Shown one piece after another: positions 17,279-29,631 of a stretch of DNA of 32,000 bases (position 1 is the first letter of the stretch; every line of letters begins with the position of its first letter). The DNA lies in contig NC_007181.1 in the NCBI RefSeq assembly GCF_000012285.1, positions 150,001 to 182,000 of the forward strand. The letters run 5' to 3'. The position numbers were made by a program, and so were the translations under genes. The notes under the pieces were generated by a model. The model worked only from the letters and a program-made list of their open reading frames with translations. It made no database searches and had not been told where the DNA came from. The DNA comes from Sulfolobus acidocaldarius DSM 639 (lineage in GTDB: Archaea; Thermoproteota; Thermoprotei_A; Sulfolobales; Sulfolobaceae).

Positions 17279-18642
17279 AACACCTTTAACTCTTTTGTGT
17301 AAGCTTTACAACCACCTAATGTCTTACAAGGATTAAACAGCCCATATGTGTCGAAGGTTGTCTTAATTTTTTTCATCACTTCTAATGATTTTTCATCATA
17401 ATATAAGTCAAGATATTTAACTTTCTCAATTCCTATTCCGTGCTCTCCTGAGGGAACACCACCACTTTCAATAACTAATTTCTCTATTTCATCACTGGCT
17501 TTTACAGCCTTTACGAAGCTATCGAAGTCCTCAGGATTATAAGAGATAAGTGGATGAAGATTCCCATCTCCAGCATGAAATACATTTGCGATATACAGGT
17601 TCTGCTTTATAGATATTTCACGTATCTTCGCTAAAACTTCAGGTAAGTTACTTCTCAACACATTACAGTCTAAGGTGATATATGCCGGTGAGATAACTCC
17701 CATAGCCGGAAAAGCTCCCCTTCTTGCACTCCAGAACTTTTCTGGTTCCTTTGGATTAATTATCTCACCGTTATTTTCGCTTATTACATCCCTGACTCTA
17801 CTCTCTTCACTCTTCACTTGAATCTCTGAACCATCTAGTTCTATAAGCAATATCGCCTCAACTTCAGGTAAGCCTGCCCTATATCTACTCTTTTCTATTG
17901 CAATTATGGAATATCTGTCCATCATCTCGAGTGCCGAGGGGATAACTCCCTTCTTAAAGATATCAATAATCGCCTTTCCTGCGTCTTTGACGTCATTAAA
18001 AGTTGCAAATACACTCTTCCTGGATTTGGGTTTGGGATATAACCTGAGCCTAGCCCTTAAGACAGCCCCTAAGCCACCCTCTCCTCCGATAAAAATGCTA
18101 GTTGGATTCAGAAACGGTGAGGGCTTGATCTCCTCCACATTCCCGTTTGCAAGAATAACCTTTACCGAAACCACGCTATTAAATGTAGGTCCATATTTCA
18201 CCACATGGACTCCTCCTGAGTCGTGAGATATGTTACCTCCAATACTTGATACCTGGTAACTTGCGGGATCAGGAGCGTAAAACAGGTGTGGAGGACAACT
18301 CTTAGTTACAAGTGCATTAGCTATTCCAGGTCCTACCTCAATTTCCAGTCCTCTGATTCCATAAACCTTGTTTAACCTCGATAAGGAGACCACAACCTCA
18401 TCACCTTCCACAGGAACCGTAGCTCCGCTGAGACTAGTTCCAGAACCTCTAATTATAATTTTTCTTCTATTCTGTATCAAGTATCTTATTACAGCAATTG
18501 CCTCCTCTTCATTACCGGGTAGTACAACTAATTCTGGTTCTCCCTTTACTGCTGTTAGACCATCAAAACCATAGAGTCTTCTCTCTTCATCCTTTATGAC
18601 CCACTTGTCCCCAACTATTTGTTTTAGGTCTTGGATCAACAC
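17263..18642 (-). CDS. FAD-linked oxidase, GlcD / D-lactate dehydrogenase-like
   Basis: FAD_binding_4-type N-terminal domain (IIIRGSGTSLSGATVP) and C-terminal GGVPSGEHGIGIEK motif. GTG start. Confidence 0.88.
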   Translation of the reverse strand: MLIQDLKQIVGDKWVIKDEERRLYGFDGLTAVKGEPELVVLPGNEEEAIAVIRYLIQNRRKIIIRGSGTSLSGATVPVEGDEVVVSLSRLNKVYGIRGLEIEVGPGIANALVTKSCPPHLFYAPDPASYQVSSIGGNISHDSGGVHVVKYGPTFNSVVSVKVILANGNVEEIKPSPFLNPTSIFIGGEGGLGAVLRARLRLYPKPKSRKSVFATFNDVKDAGKAIIDIFKKGVIPSALEMMDRYSIIAIEKSRYRAGLPEVEAILLIELDGSEIQVKSEESRVRDVISENNGEIINPKEPEKFWSARRGAFPAMGVISPAYITLDCNVLRSNLPEVLAKIREISIKQNLYIANVFHAGDGNLHPLISYNPEDFDSFVKAVKASDEIEKLVIESGGVPSGEHGIGIEKVKYLDLYYDEKSLEVMKKIKTTFDTYGLFNPCKTLGGCKAYTKELKVLWEWD

Positions 18643-18791
18643 TACAGTTTCACTTTATGATTTAATGGAAATAAATTTTTGTTAACAATTAATTAGTAGG
18701 ATTAAATTATAGAAAGAACTTTTCTAAAGTGAATCATGTTGTAGAGTTATTAAACAAAATTTATTTTAGTGATTAGGTTAATAAAGGAGCG

Positions 18792-22535
<3,744 letters not shown>

Positions 22536-22560
22536 ATCAATTGTATATACGTAGTTAGAG

Positions 22561-22568
22561 ATATAAAT
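22561..22568 (-). promoter_or_regulatory. TATA box (TTTATAT on the coding strand) of the OFOR operon
   Basis: Located -26 to -32 from ATG 22535. Confidence 0.5.
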
Positions 22569-22651
22569 AAGTTTATAAAATGGTATAAGCAGTCTTCCAA
22601 ATGTTTAAGTAACCACTTTCATATTTATTTTATCATTATAATACCTACTGT

Positions 22652-23464
22652 TCAAAGTCCAGGCATCTTGGAGAGTAAACCATCTACTATAATTTTCTTG
22701 TTTTTATTATTTATAAATCCTGTTTTGTAATCATAGTATAACTCAGCTTTACTTGTAGAATCTACAACATCACCATTTAGTATATCATTCTTACTCGCCT
22801 TTCCCTCTAAAATCCTGTACGTTAATTCCTCCTTGTCTCTAGTTATTAGTACCCTATTTTTGAGGGGGTATACGTTATTGGCAATTATACCTGCAAGGAT
22901 ATATGAACTCGAAGTGGGAGACAAGTTTACTATGACAGGTTTTTTAGACTCTAAAGTCTCTGTTACATTCCTAAAATCAGTGTAAATATTTCTCTTCTTC
23001 TCGACGTTAACAGGTAATCCTTTGTTAAATTCAACTATAATATCCTCCTCATCCCTTCTAGCTATTGACGACTCTAGTTCAGAGTAACTTGAATAGGGCA
23101 TAAAAGTGTATCTTACTTTACCCCTTAGTATCATGGCTTTAGGGGGTAACCAGTTATTTCTTACGAACGTGACCTCTACTTCCTCGCTAATGGGAACAGC
23201 ATAGTAAATGTATTCTACGTATTCATTATTATTCCAACCTAATACATTCTTGGCGTTCTTCACAAACTCCACACGACTAGTTCTAAATTTTTCAAATATT
23301 GGTCCTAATTTCTGATCCAGAGACTTAACTAGCTTTTTCAATATTTCGTCCTCTAGATAGAGAGATATTAATGGTACTAAGTCTAATTCTTCTGCGATTT
23401 TTAATGTTCTTTCGAATAAGTTTTTTATCTCATTCTTCGCGCTAAACAACTTTACTGAGTTCAT
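22652..23464 (-). CDS. Hypothetical 270-aa protein
   Basis: Long ATG-initiated ORF with normal composition. It lies 31 nt downstream of, and co-oriented with, the C-N hydrolase gene. I recognise no motif. Confidence 0.6.
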   Translation of the reverse strand: MNSVKLFSAKNEIKNLFERTLKIAEELDLVPLISLYLEDEILKKLVKSLDQKLGPIFEKFRTSRVEFVKNAKNVLGWNNNEYVEYIYYAVPISEEVEVTFVRNNWLPPKAMILRGKVRYTFMPYSSYSELESSIARRDEEDIIVEFNKGLPVNVEKKRNIYTDFRNVTETLESKKPVIVNLSPTSSSYILAGIIANNVYPLKNRVLITRDKEELTYRILEGKASKNDILNGDVVDSTSKAELYYDYKTGFINNKNKKIIVDGLLSKMPGL

Positions 23465-23495
23465 CCTTACTAAAATACGTTGGGTCTTTTATTAA

Positions 23496-24212
23496 TCATT
23501 TTAGTTCGGTAATTTCGAAATTTCTATATTCCTTTAGTCTTTCTAATCTCATATTCACAAAGTCCAACGGATTCACATCAACAACCATGTAACTCTCGCT
23601 CGAGTCTAGTTCTCCGAGCACATAAGGATAAACAAACCTACCTTGAAACTTAGGCACATAAACTATACTTTTTCCTGGAAAATCTGGGGGAAAAATTGCG
23701 TTTGAGTTTATTATTGCAATTCTATTCTCTAGAACTCTAGTCCTTAAATACTCCCTCCACAAGTCTATTCCGTCTGTGGGAATTTTTGAGGGAACTAAAA
23801 CTATCTCCACACCCTTTAAGAACATACTTCGTATTACCTCTGGGAAGTCAGCATCATAACAAATTACTACACCTATCTTGATCCCCCTAAAATTAAACAT
23901 TGTGGTGAAAGTTCCTGGGAGGAGTCTTTTACTCTCCTCCAAAAACAAATGGATCTTCTTCGCTATTCCTTTTACTTCACCGTCATAACTTATAATAGGC
24001 GAGATTATTGACACACCGTCCTCTACAGCACCTGGAATTATGTATGCAGTATACCTCTTGGCTAAATTTCGTAAGTCTTCCAGTGGTAGCTCATCCAGTG
24101 TTTTTACCCATTTTTCAGGTAATAGCACTACTTCAGCTCCTTCTCTCAACGCGTTCTCTGTTAACTCTAATGCTAATCCTTTTTTATTTACCTGAACTAT
24201 ACCAAACTTCAA
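23496..24212 (-). CDS. Carbon-nitrogen hydrolase (nitrilase superfamily)
   Basis: Glu (VVLLPEKW), Lys (GIAKKIHLF) and Cys (GVVICYDADFPE) match the E-K-C catalytic-triad context. The TTG start overlaps the stop of the CBS gene (TTGA). Confidence 0.82.
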   Translation of the reverse strand: MKFGIVQVNKKGLALELTENALREGAEVVLLPEKWVKTLDELPLEDLRNLAKRYTAYIIPGAVEDGVSIISPIISYDGEVKGIAKKIHLFLEESKRLLPGTFTTMFNFRGIKIGVVICYDADFPEVIRSMFLKGVEIVLVPSKIPTDGIDLWREYLRTRVLENRIAIINSNAIFPPDFPGKSIVYVPKFQGRFVYPYVLGELDSSESYMVVDVNPLDFVNMRLERLKEYRNFEITELK

Positions 24213-25342
24213 ATCTCTTCTGCCTTGGGTTTTCTCCTTTTGCTCTCCATTTTTCTCGATGTCTTAATCACTCTGTCCTCTAACTTCTCCACTGCTTTCC
24301 TTAACGCAGTTATTGGATCCCAGTCTCTTTCCTTTGCAATGAATTCACCCATCTTGGTGGAAACCCTAGCGGTGACTTGGTAGACTTTCTTATTATTTTC
24401 GCTTTTTGCCTCCTCCTTAAAGGCGACCTTAAAATCAAGAATTTCAGTCAATCTTTCCAGTTTAGCTAAATACCTCTCTAAGATGGAGTCTATTATTGCC
24501 CTTGAATTGCCCTCCTTAAGTTCACCAGTTAACTTAGCCTCTATCGGCATAGAAAGTTCGAATTTCCTTGCAATAACTTTAAGCGCATCAATTCCGCTAA
24601 ACATTCCCACAATCATGTTACCTTCTAGTACTGGCATACCTGATATCTTTCTGGTGAGTAGAGTATTCACTGCAGAGTGAAGATTCTCTGCTCCATTTAC
24701 AGTTATTACGGGGTAGTTCATTATTTCCTTTATCGGCATTGCCATTAATCTCTCTTCCTCAGTAAGTATGGAGGACTTCTTCTTTCCGCTAATGCTGTAT
24801 AATCTGTTCAGTATATCCCTGGCACTGATAATTCCTGCAACTTCTTTACCTTGTATAACAGGGAGTTTTGTTATGTTATTGTTACTCATTAACCACCTAG
24901 CTCTAGCCACTGAATCTTCCGCGTCTATAGTTATTGCAGGGGAGTTCATCACTTCCCTGACTTTCGCCTTTTTGAACTCCTCCTCATTTAAGAACTGTAA
25001 CAGTACTCTCTCCCGTGTAACTATACCTGTAAACCTCTTCTTCTCGTCAATAACTGGAATCGCTCTACTTCGTGTGGTGTAAAATTTTGCTATGACTCTT
25101 CCAATATCATCATTTAGATTTACTGAAATTGGAGGGCTCATGAGATTTACGACTTTAGATTCAGGACTAATTCTCTTCTTTAACAAGTCATTGTAACTAA
25201 TTATACCAACTAATAACTTCTCTTTCAGAACTGGTACAACCCATTGGTTTTGCTCCCTCATTTTACTAATAACTTCCCTTATCCTATCACCATAAGTTGC
25301 GATAACTTTCGGTTCCTCTAGTAGATTAGATAAGCTCATCAT
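24209..25342 (-). CDS. Four-CBS-domain protein with C-terminal HPF/YfiA-like (ribosome-hibernation-factor-like) module
   Basis: Four CBS repeats at approximately aa 5-55, 63-118, 127-183 and 203-258. The C-terminal about 115 aa follow the beta-alpha-beta-beta-beta-alpha pattern of S30AE/HPF proteins and end in a basic tail (see finding). Confidence 0.85.
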   Translation of the reverse strand: MMSLSNLLEEPKVIATYGDRIREVISKMREQNQWVVPVLKEKLLVGIISYNDLLKKRISPESKVVNLMSPPISVNLNDDIGRVIAKFYTTRSRAIPVIDEKKRFTGIVTRERVLLQFLNEEEFKKAKVREVMNSPAITIDAEDSVARARWLMSNNNITKLPVIQGKEVAGIISARDILNRLYSISGKKKSSILTEEERLMAMPIKEIMNYPVITVNGAENLHSAVNTLLTRKISGMPVLEGNMIVGMFSGIDALKVIARKFELSMPIEAKLTGELKEGNSRAIIDSILERYLAKLERLTEILDFKVAFKEEAKSENNKKVYQVTARVSTKMGEFIAKERDWDPITALRKAVEKLEDRVIKTSRKMESKRRKPKAEEI

Positions 25343-25362
25343 GGAAAAATCCTCGTGTACAC

Positions 25363-25370
25363 TTATATAG
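25363..25370. promoter_or_regulatory. Single central TATA element (TTATATAG) shared by divergent genes
   Basis: Its centre is about 24.5 nt from ATG 25342 (minus strand) and about 26.5 nt from ATG 25393 (plus strand). The palindrome GTGTACAC abuts it at 25355-25362. Confidence 0.45.
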
Positions 25371-25392
25371 TTTTTGATATATATTAAAATTC

Positions 25393-26433
25393 ATGAATGT
25401 TGCATTTCTATGGGATTATGATTATTTAAAGTATTCATTTCCAGGAAATCATCCTTTTAAGGCTTTAAGGGAAACTATGGCAAAGAAGATCTTAGAGGAG
25501 AGAGGAGCATTCCATTACATGGATGTAATAAAACCTGATTTAATAAGTGAGGAGGACTTACTTAAGGTTCACTCAAGAGATTATATCCAGCTGGTGAAAA
25601 AGAAGAGTGAGGAGGGAACAGGATATTTAGACGATGGGGATACCCCTGCATTTAAAGGAATGTATGAGGGTGCACTATCTAGAACGAGCGGGACTGTAAC
25701 TACTATAAAACTCTTGGACAAGTATGATGTTGTGTTCAATATAGGAGGAGGCTTTCATCACGCAAAGTACTCCTCTGCCTCAGGCTTTTGTGTATTCAAT
25801 GATGTCGCATTAGCTATCAAGATAGCTCAGGAGAAATATAATAGAATTGCACTAATCGATATTGACGGTCATCACGGTGATGGAACCCAGTATATGCTAT
25901 TTGATGACCCGAACTCACTTAAGATCTCTCTTCATATGTATCACAGGGGCTTCTTCCCAGGAACTGGTAACTATGACGAAATAGGAAGGGGAAGAGGTGA
26001 GGGTTTAGTATTGAATGTTCCTTTACCACCAGGTACTGGGGATAAGGAATACCTTAAGGCTTTCACAGAAACAGTTATACCTAAGGTGGAGTCGTATAAA
26101 CCTGATTTAATCATAATATTAAATGGAGGCGATTCTCATTTCACTGACCCATTGGTGGAACTTAAGTTAACCAACAAAGGATATGTTGACGTAATTTCTT
26201 TATTAAAAGATCTCGCACAGAGATTTAAGAGCAAGATTGTGATGACAGGCGGTGGTGGGTACAGCTATGAAGCCACAGCTAAAATTTGGGTACTGTCAAT
26301 AGCGACATTAGCAGAGTTAGGTTTAAGTGATTATGAGGACTTAGAAGACCCCTCATACACTGTATCGTCTGATTTTGTAGTAAAGAAAGTGAATGAGGTT
26401 GTGGAAAAAATAAAGGGTATACACGGTTTATGA
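25393..26433 (+). CDS. Histone-deacetylase-family (AcuC/acetylpolyamine amidohydrolase-like) zinc deacetylase
   Basis: GGGFHHA and [11 protein letters not shown] motifs, later GGDSH and GGGGY. Confidence 0.9.
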   Translation: MNVAFLWDYDYLKYSFPGNHPFKALRETMAKKILEERGAFHYMDVIKPDLISEEDLLKVHSRDYIQLVKKKSEEGTGYLDDGDTPAFKGMYEGALSRTSGTVTTIKLLDKYDVVFNIGGGFHHAKYSSASGFCVFNDVALAIKIAQEKYNRIALIDIDGHHGDGTQYMLFDDPNSLKISLHMYHRGFFPGTGNYDEIGRGRGEGLVLNVPLPPGTGDKEYLKAFTETVIPKVESYKPDLIIILNGGDSHFTDPLVELKLTNKGYVDVISLLKDLAQRFKSKIVMTGGGGYSYEATAKIWVLSIATLAELGLSDYEDLEDPSYTVSSDFVVKKVNEVVEKIKGIHGL

Positions 26434-27624
26434 AACTAGAATTAGAGCAGAGGCTTTTCTAACTTTCTCCTTTGCCTCCTCAACACTGTTTCCTGTAGCC
26501 AGTACTATACCCATTCTCCTTTCGTTGTAGGTGACAGGTTTTCCGAATAATCTTACCTGAACGCCAGGAATTTCCAAAGCCTTATCGACGTTAATGTATT
26601 TTGGTGCCCATTTCTCTCCTGAAGCTAATATGACGTGGGCAGCAGCTGGTGTTACAACCTTAACATCTGGCGTAGGTAAGCCTAATGCACTTCTTACATG
26701 TACCTGAAATTCGCTAATGTCACTACTCACTAATGTTACTAATCCTGTATCATGTGGTCTTGGTGCAACCTCGTTAAACAGAACCCTATTACCTGCTATC
26801 ATTATTTCAACACCAAAGATTCCAAAACCTCCTAATTCATTAACCACCTTAGTTGCATACTCTGAAGCCTTTGATATAACGTCTTGGCTTACAGTCGCAG
26901 GATGCCAGGACTCTATATAATGGTATACACCCTGAGGTCTCTGGTGCTCTACTGGGTAGATGGTCTTTGTGGCTACTCCCCCTGAACTGAGAGGATACCT
27001 GTAAGTTAAAACTGTAAGCTCTCTATCTATTTTCACATATTCCTCTACAATAACTGTCTTACTTTTTCCCCTTGCATGTGTTAGAGCCTCCTTAAACTTC
27101 TCCTCCACTTGACTTTCGTCATATATAACCTCGTGACCGTGACCACTCGAACTCATCTGTGGTTTAATGATACATGGGTAACCTACGTCTTTGCACATTT
27201 TCTTAACTTCTTCCGGTGAAGTTGCAAAACCATAGGCTGTTGTAGGAACTTTGACCTTCTCTGCTGCAAATCTCCTTAGTTCAATTCTATCCATACAGAT
27301 TTTCACTGCCCTCGCGTTAGGCATAACCTTTATTCCGTCCATCTCTATCTTACTCAGTGTCTCTGTGTTAATAGCCTCAATTTCAGCTATTACTGCATCA
27401 GGTCTCTCCTTTCTTATTATGCTCTCAATTGCACCCCCATCATGCATGTTCACAACATACTTTCTATGTGCAACATGCATGGCTGGAGCTAAATCATATC
27501 TATCTATGACGACAGTTTCTACTCCCATTCTTTGAGCTTCTATTACCATTTCCTTACCTAGTTCTCCTCCACCTAACCATAACAATTTCTTAGCTCCTTC
27601 AAAAAGAGGTGTTCCTATCTCCAT
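26428..27624 (-). CDS. purT: Phosphoribosylglycinamide formyltransferase 2 (formate-dependent GAR transformylase, ATP-grasp)
   Basis: N-terminus [21 protein letters not shown] and an ATP-grasp core ([19 protein letters not shown]). The 398-aa length is typical of PurT. Confidence 0.92.
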   Translation of the reverse strand: MEIGTPLFEGAKKLLWLGGGELGKEMVIEAQRMGVETVVIDRYDLAPAMHVAHRKYVVNMHDGGAIESIIRKERPDAVIAEIEAINTETLSKIEMDGIKVMPNARAVKICMDRIELRRFAAEKVKVPTTAYGFATSPEEVKKMCKDVGYPCIIKPQMSSSGHGHEVIYDESQVEEKFKEALTHARGKSKTVIVEEYVKIDRELTVLTYRYPLSSGGVATKTIYPVEHQRPQGVYHYIESWHPATVSQDVISKASEYATKVVNELGGFGIFGVEIMIAGNRVLFNEVAPRPHDTGLVTLVSSDISEFQVHVRSALGLPTPDVKVVTPAAAHVILASGEKWAPKYINVDKALEIPGVQVRLFGKPVTYNERRMGIVLATGNSVEEAKEKVRKASALILVS

Positions 27625-27637
27625 GTTATATTTTTAC

Positions 27638-28252
27638 TTAAGCCCGGTTAAAAACTTTAACCCAGTCTACAAATCTTTTTACATCACTAAGTAAATAATA
27701 AAAACACCTCCATCTCCTAACTTTGCATTCACCACTCCAAGGAAAGACCACCGCACCGATGTCGTATATCTTCTCATAATCTTCTATTTGTTCGTAACTG
27801 TAATAACCTGTCTTAGCCTCAATTGCTATTTTGTTTTCCACCAAGAAATCAGGCTTGTTGTGTGTCTTTGCACCAAGCTTAGGCAAGGATAGAACCCTTT
27901 TATCGTTATTTCTCTCTACTCTGAGACCTGTATTTAATAACTGGTTATACACATAATCTTCAAACACTAGTCCTATTAGTTGATTTAATTTCAGTATTCT
28001 GGTCTTTATGTCAGGGTAAGCTAACGCATAATTTTCATCAACATTTATTCCTATTTTAGTCGTAATTTCCCTAAGCCTGTTTAAAAGGACTCTCTCTTGA
28101 CCAAGTGGTTTGAACTGAAATTTTTTCAATTCAACACCATTCTCAAAAACCTTAACCATTAGATTTTCAACTGTTACGATCACGTTACCATCGTTCTCCG
28201 CAGGTACTAATGTACCATCTGGCAATTTTTTGTATAAAAATACGCTTACCAC
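27638..28252 (-). CDS. Hypothetical protein with C-terminal PD-(D/E)xK nuclease-like core
   Basis: Pattern FEDYVYNQLLNTGLRV...KPDFLVENKIAIEAKTGY, i.e. E...PD...E-x-K. GTG start. It ends 13 nt upstream of the purT start on the same strand. Confidence 0.55.
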   Translation of the reverse strand: MVSVFLYKKLPDGTLVPAENDGNVIVTVENLMVKVFENGVELKKFQFKPLGQERVLLNRLREITTKIGINVDENYALAYPDIKTRILKLNQLIGLVFEDYVYNQLLNTGLRVERNNDKRVLSLPKLGAKTHNKPDFLVENKIAIEAKTGYYSYEQIEDYEKIYDIGAVVFPWSGECKVRRWRCFYYLLSDVKRFVDWVKVFNRA

Positions 28253-28295
28253 ATCTAATTGTCAAAAAAGTTTTTAATAACTCTTCATCGATGAA

Positions 28296-28952
28296 GTGAT
28301 AATGATTATTACTTATAGTGACGTAGTATGGGGCTTAATTTTAGTGGCATGGGTAGCCTTTGTCACCTTATACTTGTCTAAGCTAATTAATAAGTACACG
28401 AACACTTACGTAACAAGGAAAGCTATACATATTTTAGGAGGCGGAGTTGTGGCAGTGGTTTCACAATTCTTGTTCTCTTCACCATTGGTTCCCATAATAG
28501 CCTCCTATGCAATCATGATCTACCTTATAGTCCATAGGACTAGGCAGAAGATGTTAAACTGGTTCCAGGATGAGGGAGATAGGGGTGAAGTATACTTCTC
28601 CTTTTCATTTGGTACAGTTCTTCTCATAATGTGGTTGATTGAGCCTACGTTCTGGAGTAGTCCACTTAAATTCGTTCCCTTCCTCCCACTTTACTACATG
28701 AGTTTTGGTGATGGTATAACTGGGATAATCAGGAACTACGTGTATAGGAGAAGATTTAAGGGGTTTTGGGGTAGCGTAGGTATGTTTTTATTCTGTGTTC
28801 CTCTAGGTTACTTGATCTACGGAATACCTGGTATGATCTCAGGAGTTATAGCTACTATAGTTGAGACTTTGCCCTACATAGACGACAATATATCTGTTCC
28901 ATTCATATCATTCATTTTCCTTTACATTGCTGTAAAATTCCTCTATATTTAA
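28296..28952 (+). CDS. Polytopic membrane protein of the dolichol/phytol-kinase (CTP_transf_1-like) family
   Basis: Motifs [32 protein letters not shown] and [14 protein letters not shown] resemble the SRKxxH / GDxxAxxxG / KxxEGS / DN..vP motifs of CTP-dependent polyprenol kinases. The start is GTG 28296 or ATG 28302. Confidence 0.6.
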   Translation: MIMIITYSDVVWGLILVAWVAFVTLYLSKLINKYTNTYVTRKAIHILGGGVVAVVSQFLFSSPLVPIIASYAIMIYLIVHRTRQKMLNWFQDEGDRGEVYFSFSFGTVLLIMWLIEPTFWSSPLKFVPFLPLYYMSFGDGITGIIRNYVYRRRFKGFWGSVGMFLFCVPLGYLIYGIPGMISGVIATIVETLPYIDDNISVPFISFIFLYIAVKFLYI

Positions 28953-29543
28953 ATAGCTCTTAGGGTCTATTATCTTTATATCTAAGTTCTTTGTATTAAT
29001 CGTGATAATTCCATTTAATCTACACACCTTGACGTCATTTAGGGTGATGTCTGGTGACTTTGTGTATTTTCTAATAAGCATCATAATTTTTCTAACGTCG
29101 CTTTCGCTTCTCTGCTCTGGGTTAATAAGAAGTTCCCTGGGTACTGGAGGTATGTAAAATGATGGCACTGCTATGTAAAATTGTTGAGCAATGTTACTGT
29201 ATCTCACAGTCTTTGAGGCTATCCTACTCATTAGATATTCTTCAGCTAGGAATATATTTGTGGGAGGCACATAACCAGTTTCGACCTCTATGGACATATC
29301 TACCCCCTTTATGGCATATATGTCCGTAATTCCCCCGGGTACTTCCACCTCAGTGTAAACTTTGAAACCCTTATTAACAAGGTAGGCGGAGAGGATTAGT
29401 TCAAGGACTAGATGGCTAGAGTTTACTATACTAGCCTTGTTAAGAGATAATAGTTTCTTGAATATGTTTTCTAAGTCTTCACTCCCTCCAAACTTCTCGT
29501 TTACTCTTTTGTAAATCTCATAAAATTGTTTCATTTTTATCAC
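28908..29543 (-). CDS. Hypothetical protein with N-terminal PD-(D/E)xK-like (Hjc-like) core, variant E-V-E
   Basis: Pattern [20 protein letters not shown]...[22 protein letters not shown]. The start is GTG 29543 or ATG 29534. Its 3' end overlaps the convergent membrane-protein gene by 45 nt. Confidence 0.55.
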   Translation of the reverse strand: MIKMKQFYEIYKRVNEKFGGSEDLENIFKKLLSLNKASIVNSSHLVLELILSAYLVNKGFKVYTEVEVPGGITDIYAIKGVDMSIEVETGYVPPTNIFLAEEYLMSRIASKTVRYSNIAQQFYIAVPSFYIPPVPRELLINPEQRSESDVRKIMMLIRKYTKSPDITLNDVKVCRLNGIITINTKNLDIKIIDPKSYLNIEEFYSNVKENE

Positions 29544-29592
29544 TCAGGATGGGAAGCGATCTTCATCAGTCTGTAAACCGTCACATCATCAT
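29544..29592 (-). ncRNA. Candidate C/D-box sRNA (atypical spacing)
   Basis: Minus strand reads ATGATGA(C)-tgtgacggtttacaga-CTGA(D')-TGAAGA(C')-tcgcttcccatc-CTGA(D). A TATA-like TTAAATAT lies 22 nt upstream of the C box. Confidence 0.35.
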
Positions 29593-29614
29593 TATAAGTA
29601 AAGTCTTATACCAC

Positions 29615-29622
29615 ATATTTAA
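29615..29622 (-). promoter_or_regulatory. TATA-like box (TTAAATAT on the minus strand) upstream of the candidate sRNA / 211-aa gene
   Basis: Its 22-nt spacing to the C box would place the transcription start at about the C box. That is about 50-58 nt upstream of the ORF start. Confidence 0.35.
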
Positions 29623-29631
29623 GGATTTAAT

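Noticed and set aside
16818-18574. Three ORFs (130, 106 and 68 aa) antisense to the GlcF-like and GlcD-like genes
   Set aside because: The same shadow-frame signature. The sense-strand products carry clear cofactor motifs, and these do not.
18679-18688. 10-bp palindrome TTGTTAACAA in the GlcD/GlcE divergent spacer
   Set aside because: It is short and entirely within AT-rich spacer, where such palindromes are expected by chance. It does not sit at a defined distance from either start codon.
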